Assembly (NCBI GenBank): GCA_003345545.1
Contig: PRDH01000053.1
Coordinates: forward strand, 1-31,114
From: Candidatus Thorarchaeota archaeon
Lineage (GTDB): Archaea > Asgardarchaeota > Thorarchaeia > Thorarchaeales > Thorarchaeaceae
DNA length: 31,114 nucleotides
Direction: 5' to 3'
The translations under genes were made by a program, and so were the position numbers. Below are positions 9,519-18,333 of this stretch, in pieces (the first letter of the stretch is position 1; the number at the start of each line of letters is the position of its first letter). The notes under the pieces are model-generated. The model did not search any database, had not been told where the DNA came from, and worked only from the letters and a program-made list of their open reading frames with translations.

Positions 9519-9839
9519 CTAGCTATCCTGACTCTCATGATGTTCGGCTCGAGACTGATACAGTCTGAGCGTGTCCCCTATGACACCCAGGAAGAAGATG
9601 ATATCCAATGTCAAGAGCATCTTCACGAGAGGAAGTTCTTGCAGGGGAAACCTGGAGAGTGATAGCATGGCACTGATGACGAGGAGTGACGTGATGAATC
9701 CGATTAGTATCGTTATGTAGAACGAGATTGATGGTCTGTCATCTGCTGTTGAAAACTTCCTCAGTACTCCATATAGAAGATAACCAGCAAGTAAAATGAA
9801 TTCCGCACCGATTGTGACTTCAAGCAAGCTGACCTGCAT
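9519..9839 (-). CDS. Small 3-TM membrane protein
   Basis: 106 aa with three hydrophobic segments. GAGGTGA SD-like site upstream. Confidence 0.8.
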   Translation of the reverse strand: MQVSLLEVTIGAEFILLAGYLLYGVLRKFSTADDRPSISFYITILIGFITSLLVISAMLSLSRFPLQELPLVKMLLTLDIIFFLGVIGDTLRLYQSRAEHHESQDS

Positions 9840-10015
9840 AGGTTCTCACCTCAACTGATAGTATTCGTTTTGAATGAAATAGACTCTTTCGGTATAGGAG
9901 AATTCAGCAATTTCCACTTTCAACCAGTACCGGAATCGAAGTACGTCAGTCTAGCCGTATTGCTCAGTCTTATAGAACAATGATTCACGCTCCATGCAAG
10001 GAGTTGCTCATGTAG

Positions 10016-10288
10016 ATGAAGGACGATTGCAGCGAACTGATCAGGCCGCGTTCTGATGTCGGAGATTTAATCGTAAAAGAATCCTCACCTCGTTTCACTT
10101 CCATAACGCGCAGCTTCCTCTCTTCAACAACTAGCAAGGAATTGAAATGTCCTCGATGTGGGAGTCTATTGAATTTCGCTAATGGCGTCGAGTGGATTGG
10201 TCCTGACTCATTCACCTGCAAGTCCTGCGAACAGCTAATCAATATTGCACTCATTCAACGTGCTCTTCGAGAGCTTGGCGTCGATTAA
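10016..10288 (+). CDS. Small zinc-ribbon protein
   Basis: CPRC...CKSC pair. GGAG upstream. Confidence 0.7.
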   Translation: MKDDCSELIRPRSDVGDLIVKESSPRFTSITRSFLSSTTSKELKCPRCGSLLNFANGVEWIGPDSFTCKSCEQLINIALIQRALRELGVD

Positions 10289-10324
10289 GTTCTGTCACAT
10301 TTGTATGATCTACTGCATACTGAT

Positions 10325-10363
10325 TCTAGAAAAGAAGTGATACTCCGGGGGAAGCCCCCCGGA
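10325..10363 (-). terminator. Hairpin + U-tract terminator
   Basis: TCCGGGGG-aagc-CCCCCGGA (10344-10363), then CTTCTTTTCT on the minus strand. Confidence 0.7.
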
Positions 10364-10377
10364 ATAACAGAAGTCAA

Positions 10378-10938
10378 CTATTCTTGGTAACCCTTCATGT
10401 AGCCCTCTCGCTGATTCCACTTCTCTTCGAAGCGTTGCATGACGGTCCACATGCGATAGGTGTAATCCCATGCATCATCGAATTTTCCTTGATTCATCTG
10501 ATCTTGGAATTCTTCAGCTACTGTGTTGATATTTCCGACGTCCTCGAGCAGCGTCGCGTCGAACTCGTACAGCTTGTCGAGTTCTCCTTCGTTAATCTTT
10601 TCCTTAGAGCCCCATGCCGCATAGCCATAGTCAGCGTAACGGATTGAACTCTCCATCTTGTCAGTAAGATTGAGCATCCTATCGAATGTCTCCCAGGTCT
10701 TGCTGAGATTGTAGTCGACTACCATCATCTGCAGCTTCTCTAGCTTCTGTTTGACAAGACGGAGCTGGTCTGCGAGGAATTCACGGAGGACCTTGTCCGC
10801 GGCGCGCCTCTCGTTCTTTTCCTGATATCCGTGCCATCCAGGGATGTAGTGGGTTATCTTACCGATAAGCCCGCCCTTGATGTCCTTGCCGGCTTTCTTT
10901 CTGACTCGCTCGGCGATGGGATCTATTTTTTTGCCCAT
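10378..10938 (-). CDS. Conserved alpha-helical hypothetical protein (IPGxxGYxxKxxRRxxD family)
   Basis: IPGWHGYQEKNERRAADKVLR, IRYADYGY and LDKLYEFD. ATG 10938 with AGGAG upstream. Confidence 0.85.
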   Translation of the reverse strand: MGKKIDPIAERVRKKAGKDIKGGLIGKITHYIPGWHGYQEKNERRAADKVLREFLADQLRLVKQKLEKLQMMVVDYNLSKTWETFDRMLNLTDKMESSIRYADYGYAAWGSKEKINEGELDKLYEFDATLLEDVGNINTVAEEFQDQMNQGKFDDAWDYTYRMWTVMQRFEEKWNQREGYMKGYQE

Positions 10939-11110
10939 GCTATTGATTCTCCTAATGTATTCGCAACCCCTTTGGCATGACAATTGGGGTTGGCTTAGAT
11001 GGACACTATACTTGAGTCCTTAAAAAACATGTTACCGGAGAGTTCGCCTATTCTCTGCCCAAGATTGACGTTCTCCTGTGACTTGGTCGCCGACAGAGCG
11101 GCGCTTAAAT

Positions 11111-13117
11111 ATGCATGAATCTCCTCAGAGTGTCATGAATAAGGCAGGAATTATCCGCAAACTGGATTGGACTATCCAACCCGAGAAGATTCAGACCATT
11201 GCGGACAAAGCAATCGCGGGTGCAAAGCGGGCACTAAACAAAATCTCGAAGACCCCTCGCGATCAAGTAACTATCGCAACACTTCAAGCCTTTGAAGAAG
11301 TGATTGGCGTTCTCGGGGAAAAACTCGGACCTCTGACCTTTATGAAACACGTGTCGGTAGATAAGTCTCAACGAGATGTCGCTGATGATGTCGAAAAACA
11401 GGCACGAAAATTCAGGAATGAAGTCTGGGGCCGCAAGGATCTCTATGATGTCATAGTTTGCCTTGAACCGACCATGAAGACCTTTGGAATTGAGGAGCAG
11501 GCGCTGCTGAAACGAACACTCGACGAATTCAGGCACCGAGGAGCGGCATTGGATGATGATGCGCGCAAGGAGTTTCTCGAGATATCGAACAATATCAGTG
11601 TACTTGAGTCTGATTACAATCGAGTTCTCAATGAAGTAACAACCACGGTTCCCCTAACGAAGGAGGAGCTTGACGGCGTTCCCCCCGAAATCTATGAGAG
11701 CCTGGAGAGGCATGGGAGAACCTACAAAGTCCCCCTCGATTACCCGTTCTTCGTTCCTGTAAGAACCTATGCAAGGAATCCTGAAACAAGAAGGAAGATG
11801 ACGATAGCTTTCAATAATCGTGGTGGGAAGCAAAACAGTGAACGACTTGCTGATGCTCTTGCATTGAGAGACCGAAAAGCAAAACTAGCAGGTTTCTCGA
11901 ACTTCGCGGAGTATAGTGTCAGCATAAAGATGGCAAAGACTCCAACACGCGTATTCGAATTCATGAATGACCTCAAGGAAAAACTCACTCCACTAGGTCG
12001 CAAGGAGCTTGAAAACCTAAAGCGCCTCAAAGCAAAGGAGCTAGGTCTTTCCTCTGATACCACCACTCTTGAAGTATGGGATTTATTTTACTATCACGAG
12101 TCGCTGATGAAAGAGAGATTCTCTGTGGATCAAAACGAGGTCAAGAAGTACTTTCCCATGGAAAGAGTCGTGGCAGGAGTTCTGGAAATCTATCAGAGAG
12201 TTCTCAATCTTGAGTTTATCGAGTCTGCGACTCCGAATGGTTGGTGTGAGGATGTCCGCGAGTTCAAGGTCGTTGACAAATCAAATGGAGACACTAAGGG
12301 CGTATTCTACCTAGACCTCTTTCCTCGCGATGGCAAATACAAGCACTTTGCAGTGTTCGATTTCATGGATCGTCGCGTACGGGACGGCGGCGTTTTCCTA
12401 CCAGTGGCATCGATGGTTGCGAACTTCCAAAAGCCAACAAAGAGTCGGCCATCACTCTTGACGCATCCCGAGGTCGAGACCTTTTTCCACGAGTTCGGCC
12501 ATCTAATGCATGTCATGTCAAATAGCGCAAGCTATTCCAGCTTTGGCCTTGATGGTGTGTTGCCTGACTTCATCGAAACACCCTCGATGATGTTTGAGAA
12601 CTGGGTCTGGAAGGAGGAGATACTCTCGCTCCTTTCGGGTCACTTCGAAGATTCTCGCAAGAAGCTGCCCTCCGAGCTGCTAGAGAAACTCATCGATGCA
12701 AAACTGCTCGACATAGGCCTATTTCAGCTACGGCAGGTGTTCTATTCCCTCATAGACATGTTCTATCACACTGAAGTACCAGATGACCCTAGGACAGAGT
12801 GGTTCAAGAAGTACCAGGAAATTACGCTCTTCACGCACCCTACTGATACTGTACCAGAAGCATCATTTGGGCACCTCATGGGTGGCTACGAAGCAGGCTA
12901 CTACGGATACCTGTGGTCGAAAGTCTATGCAGAGGATATGTTCACAAAGTTCGAAGAAAACGGTATCATGAATGAGAAGACCGGCTATGAGTATCGAGTG
13001 AAAATCCTGGCTCCTGGAGGAAGCAGAGATCCGGATGAACTGGTGCGGGACTTTCTCGGTCGCGAATCAAATAGTGATGCATTCATGAAGTCACTTGGCA
13101 TAGCTGGCAAAAAATGA
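11111..13117 (+). CDS. M3A family oligopeptidase (thimet oligopeptidase/oligopeptidase A-like)
   Basis: FYLDLFPRDGKYKH, FFHEFGHLMH (HExxH), DFIETPS and GYEAGYYGYLWS. Start at ATG 11111 or 11135. Confidence 0.95.
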   Translation: MHESPQSVMNKAGIIRKLDWTIQPEKIQTIADKAIAGAKRALNKISKTPRDQVTIATLQAFEEVIGVLGEKLGPLTFMKHVSVDKSQRDVADDVEKQARKFRNEVWGRKDLYDVIVCLEPTMKTFGIEEQALLKRTLDEFRHRGAALDDDARKEFLEISNNISVLESDYNRVLNEVTTTVPLTKEELDGVPPEIYESLERHGRTYKVPLDYPFFVPVRTYARNPETRRKMTIAFNNRGGKQNSERLADALALRDRKAKLAGFSNFAEYSVSIKMAKTPTRVFEFMNDLKEKLTPLGRKELENLKRLKAKELGLSSDTTTLEVWDLFYYHESLMKERFSVDQNEVKKYFPMERVVAGVLEIYQRVLNLEFIESATPNGWCEDVREFKVVDKSNGDTKGVFYLDLFPRDGKYKHFAVFDFMDRRVRDGGVFLPVASMVANFQKPTKSRPSLLTHPEVETFFHEFGHLMHVMSNSASYSSFGLDGVLPDFIETPSMMFENWVWKEEILSLLSGHFEDSRKKLPSELLEKLIDAKLLDIGLFQLRQVFYSLIDMFYHTEVPDDPRTEWFKKYQEITLFTHPTDTVPEASFGHLMGGYEAGYYGYLWSKVYAEDMFTKFEENGIMNEKTGYEYRVKILAPGGSRDPDELVRDFLGRESNSDAFMKSLGIAGKK

Positions 13118-13158
13118 GAAAGTGTTGTAGGGCACTTCAGAATATGCCCTACACTTTC
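13118..13158. terminator. Long hairpin between the convergent peptidase and mat genes
   Basis: GAAAGTG..TAGGGCA pairs with TGCCCTA-CACTTTC. Confidence 0.6.
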
Positions 13159-13177
13159 CAGCATTCGCGCAAATCGT

Positions 13178-14380
13178 TTACCAGAGTTGGTACTGCCTCT
13201 TGACGAAACCTTCCCAGACATGTGGCAGCTTTGCAATCACTTCCTCAGTGATTGACTCAACAGATTTCGTTACTTTCTTAAGATTGCAGTCACCGAAAAT
13301 CTCCACATTGACTGCCTGCGGCTCAGTGATTGGGGCGCCAATCTTGCTCACGATGTAGCAGTAGACTTGCGCTAGATCGGGGTGTTCTTTGTATACTCTC
13401 TCCGTTATTTCCCTCGCTGTTACATTGTATGTCTTGCCAACATGTGACACAGGATTCTTCCCCGCAGCAGCCTCTAGGGTCATCGGCCTATATGGCGTAA
13501 TGAGACCATTCGCCCGATTACCTCGGCCTACCTGTCCATCATCACCATGTTCTGCTGAGGTACCAGTGACTGTGAGATAGAATAGATTGTCTTCCGGACT
13601 GTCAGCAGTATTGACACTGACTTCTACATCCATGTCGGTGATTTTGACAGCGAGGTCTGAAACAAGGTCACGTATGCCCTGCATGACGTTGGCATACTCG
13701 TTCCTGTCTTTGGTTTCACTGGATATTATCGCCGCTGCAACCTGGACATGTACCTTGTCTTCAATTCGCGTGCTCATGACCTTGATGTCCTCACCGATTT
13801 GAGGCCATTCTCTCTTCACCTTCTCGCTGTTTAGTAGCTGTTCTGTTTCCAGAGTGATCAACTCGGTTGGTGAGAATGGAGCAAAGCCAACACCAAAGCT
13901 TGTGTCGTTTGCTCGCGGCACTCCAGTTTCGAGATCGAAGTTGCCGACCAGGTCTGTAGAGCCAGCACGTATCTTGTAGTCAATGATGACATCCGAGTTC
14001 ACGTCCAGGTGCGGAAGGTCTTTGCTCAGCCACTCTCTGGTGTGCTCTACAGCGAATTTCCCTACGGGCACCTGTCGTGTGTAGTCTTTGCCCACGACAT
14101 CAACAGCTCGCCCGCTTAACAAGATGTATATTGGCTCAATAACGTCTCCTCCTCCGAACTTGGTGATAGATTGCCCTCCGACGAGTAGAACCTTGTCCAC
14201 GTTGTGATGCTGTACCTGACCAAATGTTTCCATGTAGTACTCACTGAGGCGTACTGAAAGCTCTTCGGCGGCTTTGTCGCAGAGTGTGTCAGGGTGTCCT
14301 TTTCCCTTACGTTCTACAATCTCGACCGGGAGCTTGTCAACACTAGGTCCGTATCCTGCTGTGACTCTCAAATTGCGCAT
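13178..14380 (-). CDS. mat: Archaeal-type S-adenosylmethionine synthetase
   Basis: VEIVERKGKGHPDTLCD, HHNVDK, ANDTSFGVG, GEDIKVM, GDDGQVGRGNR and AGKNPVSHVGK. Start at ATG 14380. Confidence 0.97.
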   Translation of the reverse strand: MRNLRVTAGYGPSVDKLPVEIVERKGKGHPDTLCDKAAEELSVRLSEYYMETFGQVQHHNVDKVLLVGGQSITKFGGGDVIEPIYILLSGRAVDVVGKDYTRQVPVGKFAVEHTREWLSKDLPHLDVNSDVIIDYKIRAGSTDLVGNFDLETGVPRANDTSFGVGFAPFSPTELITLETEQLLNSEKVKREWPQIGEDIKVMSTRIEDKVHVQVAAAIISSETKDRNEYANVMQGIRDLVSDLAVKITDMDVEVSVNTADSPEDNLFYLTVTGTSAEHGDDGQVGRGNRANGLITPYRPMTLEAAAGKNPVSHVGKTYNVTAREITERVYKEHPDLAQVYCYIVSKIGAPITEPQAVNVEIFGDCNLKKVTKSVESITEEVIAKLPHVWEGFVKRQYQLW

Positions 14381-14420
14381 GATAATCAACTCACTGTTCC
14401 GTGTGCCGCAGAACGAAAAG

Positions 14421-14432
14421 CATATAAAAATT
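14421..14432 (-). promoter_or_regulatory. Putative TATA box for mat
   Basis: Minus-strand AATTTTTATATG about 40 nt upstream of the mat ATG. Confidence 0.5.
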
Positions 14433-14495
14433 TTCATTCGTAATTCTCATAGGTAATACTGGATGTAATGTCAATTACTGACAGGAATATGAAGG

Positions 14496-15038
14496 ATGAT
14501 ACCAACTGCCGGCGAGCTCTCGAAGATGAGACGTGAATTGGGAATGACACAAGCGGATCTTGCAGAAGAAGTAGGAGTATCGCAATCATATATCGCTCGT
14601 CTTGAACGCGGTTCACTCGATCCAAAACTATCTATCGTCAGCAGGATTGTTGATGTACTTGTCAGCCGCCAAAGCAAGACCTGTGCAGATATCATGACGC
14701 CCGACCCCAAAACAGTTGATGCACGAGACCAAGCATCTCTGGCAGTGGGTCTTATGCAAGAATACAACTTCTCGCAGGTGCCAGTTCTCAGAGGCACTCA
14801 GCTTGTGGGACTTGTGACCGAACGTGACATCATACGGAATCTTCAGCACAACATGAACGAACTCTCAGTTCAGGCAGTAATGAGTCCAGAGAGCGTACCG
14901 ATTATTGACGAAAGTACCCCTGTGGACGTTATCACCCCGCTCTTTCAGACCTATCAAGCAATATTGATTCATAATCAGGGACGTATCCGCGGCATCATCA
15001 CTCGTTCTGACCTTCTTAAGCTCACACATAGGCCCTAG
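14496..15038 (+). CDS. Transcriptional regulator, XRE-type HTH + CBS pair
   Basis: LSKMRRELGMTQADLAEEVGVSQSYIARLERG (HTH). CBS motifs FSQVPV, VGLVTERD and GIITRSD. Confidence 0.95.
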   Translation: MIPTAGELSKMRRELGMTQADLAEEVGVSQSYIARLERGSLDPKLSIVSRIVDVLVSRQSKTCADIMTPDPKTVDARDQASLAVGLMQEYNFSQVPVLRGTQLVGLVTERDIIRNLQHNMNELSVQAVMSPESVPIIDESTPVDVITPLFQTYQAILIHNQGRIRGIITRSDLLKLTHRP

Positions 15039-15139
15039 TCAAGGCGTTGAAAAGTTTGCGAGTATCCTCTCATCATTTGTGCCCCCGCAGAATATCTTAT
15101 ATGCGATAGAGTGAAAATTCACTCGGAGTAGATAGCTAA

Positions 15140-15796
15140 GTGCCGAATTACCTGGACTCACTTGATGACCTCCGTGATGGACTTGATACATTCATCGAGA
15201 AATGGTCAAACATTCAGAGGAAATCTGTGAAGGCGATTCAGGCGGTCACGAACACAATCATGCAGATTGAGCACTTGGATGGACCGCTGGGCAAGCTTGA
15301 GGGCTTCCAAAACCTTAGAGAGAACTGCAAAGGAATTCTGCTGGTAACTCTATATGATAATCTGGTCCCCTCTTTTGAGACCTCGATAAGAGAGTTCACT
15401 AAACTCATGCACATGTTTGAGAACTTGAGGCACTCCTCATCTACGATTCAGACACTCACGGAGTCAATGCGCGGCGACATTGAGGACTCACCTGAACTTG
15501 ATGACCTTGTTGGATTCCTCGATCTCATAATGATCAGTATTCGGGATATCCTCAACATGTACGAGCAAGAGTTTCTTGTTAAATTGACCATCTTCAGAGA
15601 CTTCGAGGAAGGTGCTATCGACATCGGCATAGTGAGCAACTATCTCACAATCTGGCTTGTAGAGCCGAATATCGAACCCAGTGCTCGTGACAAGCTCCTC
15701 AAAGATCTCGATGAGCACGTTGAGTTATTGCGGGATGTCTTCATGGGGAAGACTGGAATCAGATTGCCGGATGCCTACAAGAAAGCCGAACTCTGA
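15140..15796 (+). CDS. CINP/C1orf109-like alpha-helical protein (candidate eukaryotic signature protein)
   Basis: C-terminal LNMYEQEFLVKLTI...YLTIWLVEPNIE matches my recollection of CINP LEMYRKELLLKRTV...YLSMWLHQPYVE. N-terminal FIEKW...N motif and similar length. Confidence 0.7.
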   Translation: MPNYLDSLDDLRDGLDTFIEKWSNIQRKSVKAIQAVTNTIMQIEHLDGPLGKLEGFQNLRENCKGILLVTLYDNLVPSFETSIREFTKLMHMFENLRHSSSTIQTLTESMRGDIEDSPELDDLVGFLDLIMISIRDILNMYEQEFLVKLTIFRDFEEGAIDIGIVSNYLTIWLVEPNIEPSARDKLLKDLDEHVELLRDVFMGKTGIRLPDAYKKAEL

Positions 15797-15982
15797 GACC
15801 ATTAGTGCTCTAGTATGCCGCGGCGAGAAGTGTCTGCACTCAATGTTTCTTACAGCAAGTGGAATTCAGGTTCTGCTATGAAAGTAGCTGCCCGAGAATG
15901 CCACCACCACGCTTAATTACGACGAGAGATTGTTCGACACACCTGGCTCTGTGTTAGCAGTACATCCAAGGAGACTGTCACA

Positions 15983-17131
15983 TTGAGTGATGAGAACGAC
16001 GAAATGGTAGTCACTCCCTATGAAGTCCGCGGAAAGCTCGACTACGACCGCCTCATTCAAATGTTCGGTACCCAGCGTATAGACAAGAAACTGAAAGAGA
16101 AGCTCTTCAAGGTAGCTGGCGAACGGCACTTTATGCTTGAGCGCGACTTATTCTTCTCACATAGGGACCTAGACTGGATTCTGGAAGAACATGTCAAAGG
16201 GAATCCCTTCACAATCTACACTGGAAGAGGGCCCAGTGGCGATACTCATATCGGTCATCTTGTTCCTTGGATATTCACCAAATGGCTGCAGGACAGAGTG
16301 AAGACACGACTCTACTTTCAGATGACAAACGACGAGAAGTACTTCTTCAACAGTAATCTTAGCCTTGATGATGTTAAACGGTACACACACGAGAACACTC
16401 TCGATCTCTTGGCGCTCGGATTCCAACCTGAGAACACGTATATCATTCAGGACATCGAACACATTGACATGTTGTATGAGATTGCTATTGAGGTCGCTCG
16501 AAAAGTGACCTTCTCGACTGTTAAGGCGACCTTCGGTTTTGATAATAGCACGAACATCGGATCCCTCTGGCATCCTGCGATACAGGCTGTTCCGGCCTTC
16601 CTGCACTCATGGATCTATGGCAAGAACACGCCCTGCCTCATTCCGTGTGCGATTGACCAAGATCCATTTTGGAGAGTGACTAGAGATATCGCCGAGAAGC
16701 TCGGATACTACAAGCCCGCGACCATCCAATGCATGTTCGTTCCAGGTCTCAAAGAGGGAGGCAAGATGTCTGCCTCCGACGAGATGTCCGTTATCTACAC
16801 GACTGACACGCCAAAAATGGCAAAGAGGAAGGTGATGGCTGCCTTCACAGGTGGGCGTGCAACGGTCGAAGAACAGCGCAGACTCGGAGCTAATCCTGAT
16901 ATCTGCAGCGTATTCAAGTGGTACAAGTTCATCTTCGTACCTGACGACGCGAAGCTTGCAGAAATCGAACGCACCTGCAAATCTGGTGAATTGCTCTGTG
17001 GTCCATGCAAGCAGTTTCTGGCTCCGTTGATGGTAGACTTTCTTGAGAAGCATCAAGCTGCACGAGAAGAGGTCAAAGACAGAGTAGATGAGTTCTCAGC
17101 TGCTAGACTTCGTGATGAGATTCGTAGATAG
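15983..17131 (+). CDS. trpS: Tryptophanyl-tRNA synthetase (archaeal/eukaryotic type)
   Basis: VVTPYEV, YTGRGPS, HIGH, IDQDPFWR, KMSAS and AFTGG. Confidence 0.97.
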   Translation: MSDENDEMVVTPYEVRGKLDYDRLIQMFGTQRIDKKLKEKLFKVAGERHFMLERDLFFSHRDLDWILEEHVKGNPFTIYTGRGPSGDTHIGHLVPWIFTKWLQDRVKTRLYFQMTNDEKYFFNSNLSLDDVKRYTHENTLDLLALGFQPENTYIIQDIEHIDMLYEIAIEVARKVTFSTVKATFGFDNSTNIGSLWHPAIQAVPAFLHSWIYGKNTPCLIPCAIDQDPFWRVTRDIAEKLGYYKPATIQCMFVPGLKEGGKMSASDEMSVIYTTDTPKMAKRKVMAAFTGGRATVEEQRRLGANPDICSVFKWYKFIFVPDDAKLAEIERTCKSGELLCGPCKQFLAPLMVDFLEKHQAAREEVKDRVDEFSAARLRDEIRR

Positions 17132-17287
17132 AATCTGCTGGATGGGCAGGAGAGTTGTTGATACCCCTACCCTGAATGCTTGTGAACTGTCAGAACACAG
17201 CAAATCAGTCTCGAGGGTTAACCACCATAATGCTAAATAGAATTCACCTCCATTGCTCTTCCATACACAGACTCGGAGAGTTTGATT

Positions 17288-18328
17288 ATGGGTTCTGAAG
17301 CACAAACAGCGGACATGTTCAAGTGTCCTGTCTGTAACGGCAACGTAAAAACGGGACCTGATGATGTTGTTATTACTTGTACCTATTGTGGAAATACGAG
17401 CACAATAGAGGGAAAGGCTATTGGCGACCACTTGATGGAGCCTGCCAAAGGCGCTGATGAGCGAATACAGGGCTTCCAAGGCTTTCTTGACAAGAATAAG
17501 GGCATGAACAAGTCCTTGGTCAAGAACGTACAAGTCGTCGAGAACCGATTGATCTATGTACCTGTATGGACTGCGAAGGTCAAAGCTGACTCCTACTACA
17601 AGGGTTACAAGACCGTTCAAGTTCCCGTTCAGAAGACTAGGACTGTTAGAGATTCTAACGGCCATACTAGAACTGAGACTTATACTGACTACGAAACAGG
17701 TTACGTACCTGTTCAGTCTGAACTTCACACAGATACTAATGAGCCAATGCTTGCAAGAAAAGGCGCTCGTTTCTACGGGCTCGAGGAGTTCTTGGGAACC
17801 ATTAAGATTGAGAATACAGTTCCCTATAACTTTGAGAAAATCAAGGATCTAGATCCCACGATTCTCAATGCAGAGATAGGTCAGGAAGAATTCGAGAAGG
17901 CGATTCATGGTCGGGTCGCTGATAATCATCGTTCTCAGGCAGGAAGTGGCCTGGCAGAGCTGTTTGATTGTCGCACTACCACTAGTGTAAGAGGAACTAC
18001 ATACCTGCAAGCTCCGTTCACCATGGTTCGCTACAAGTTCCAGGGCGATCTCTACAAAGCTGCTATCGATGGCAATTCCGGCAGGGTGCTTATGGGAGAA
18101 ATACCAATTGCACGAGGTCAACGGGCCATGTGGACAGTTCTTGGTCTGATTGGAATCATCTTTGCAGGTATAGGATCGCAGCTCCTGTATCAAAACATCG
18201 TTGTTCCTGCTGAGCCTGTCATGGATATGTGGACTGCTATCGGAGCTGTGCTGGCAATCCTCGGCATAGTAATGACTGCGCTTGGGTTCAGGGTGTTGAT
18301 TATGACCCAACGCACGAAGAAGGGGTGA
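17288..18328 (+). CDS. YdjG-like zinc-ribbon membrane protein
   Basis: N-terminal CPVC..CTYCG, YVPVW, PFTMVRYKFQGDLYKAAIDGNSGRVLMGEIP, and two C-terminal TMs. Confidence 0.8.
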   Translation: MGSEAQTADMFKCPVCNGNVKTGPDDVVITCTYCGNTSTIEGKAIGDHLMEPAKGADERIQGFQGFLDKNKGMNKSLVKNVQVVENRLIYVPVWTAKVKADSYYKGYKTVQVPVQKTRTVRDSNGHTRTETYTDYETGYVPVQSELHTDTNEPMLARKGARFYGLEEFLGTIKIENTVPYNFEKIKDLDPTILNAEIGQEEFEKAIHGRVADNHRSQAGSGLAELFDCRTTTSVRGTTYLQAPFTMVRYKFQGDLYKAAIDGNSGRVLMGEIPIARGQRAMWTVLGLIGIIFAGIGSQLLYQNIVVPAEPVMDMWTAIGAVLAILGIVMTALGFRVLIMTQRTKKG

Positions 18329-18333
18329 TCAAA

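Noticed and set aside
10378-10938. PspA/ESCRT-III (Snf7/CdvB) homologue
   Set aside because: It is helical, but its motifs and aromatic-rich pattern do not match the long-hairpin pattern of PspA/Snf7.
17096-17728. 210-aa antisense ORF and other long antisense ORFs (e.g. 5036..5491, 16169..17056, 22886..23353, 25166..25624)
   Set aside because: They lie opposite well-supported genes and have no motifs, as expected for shadow frames.
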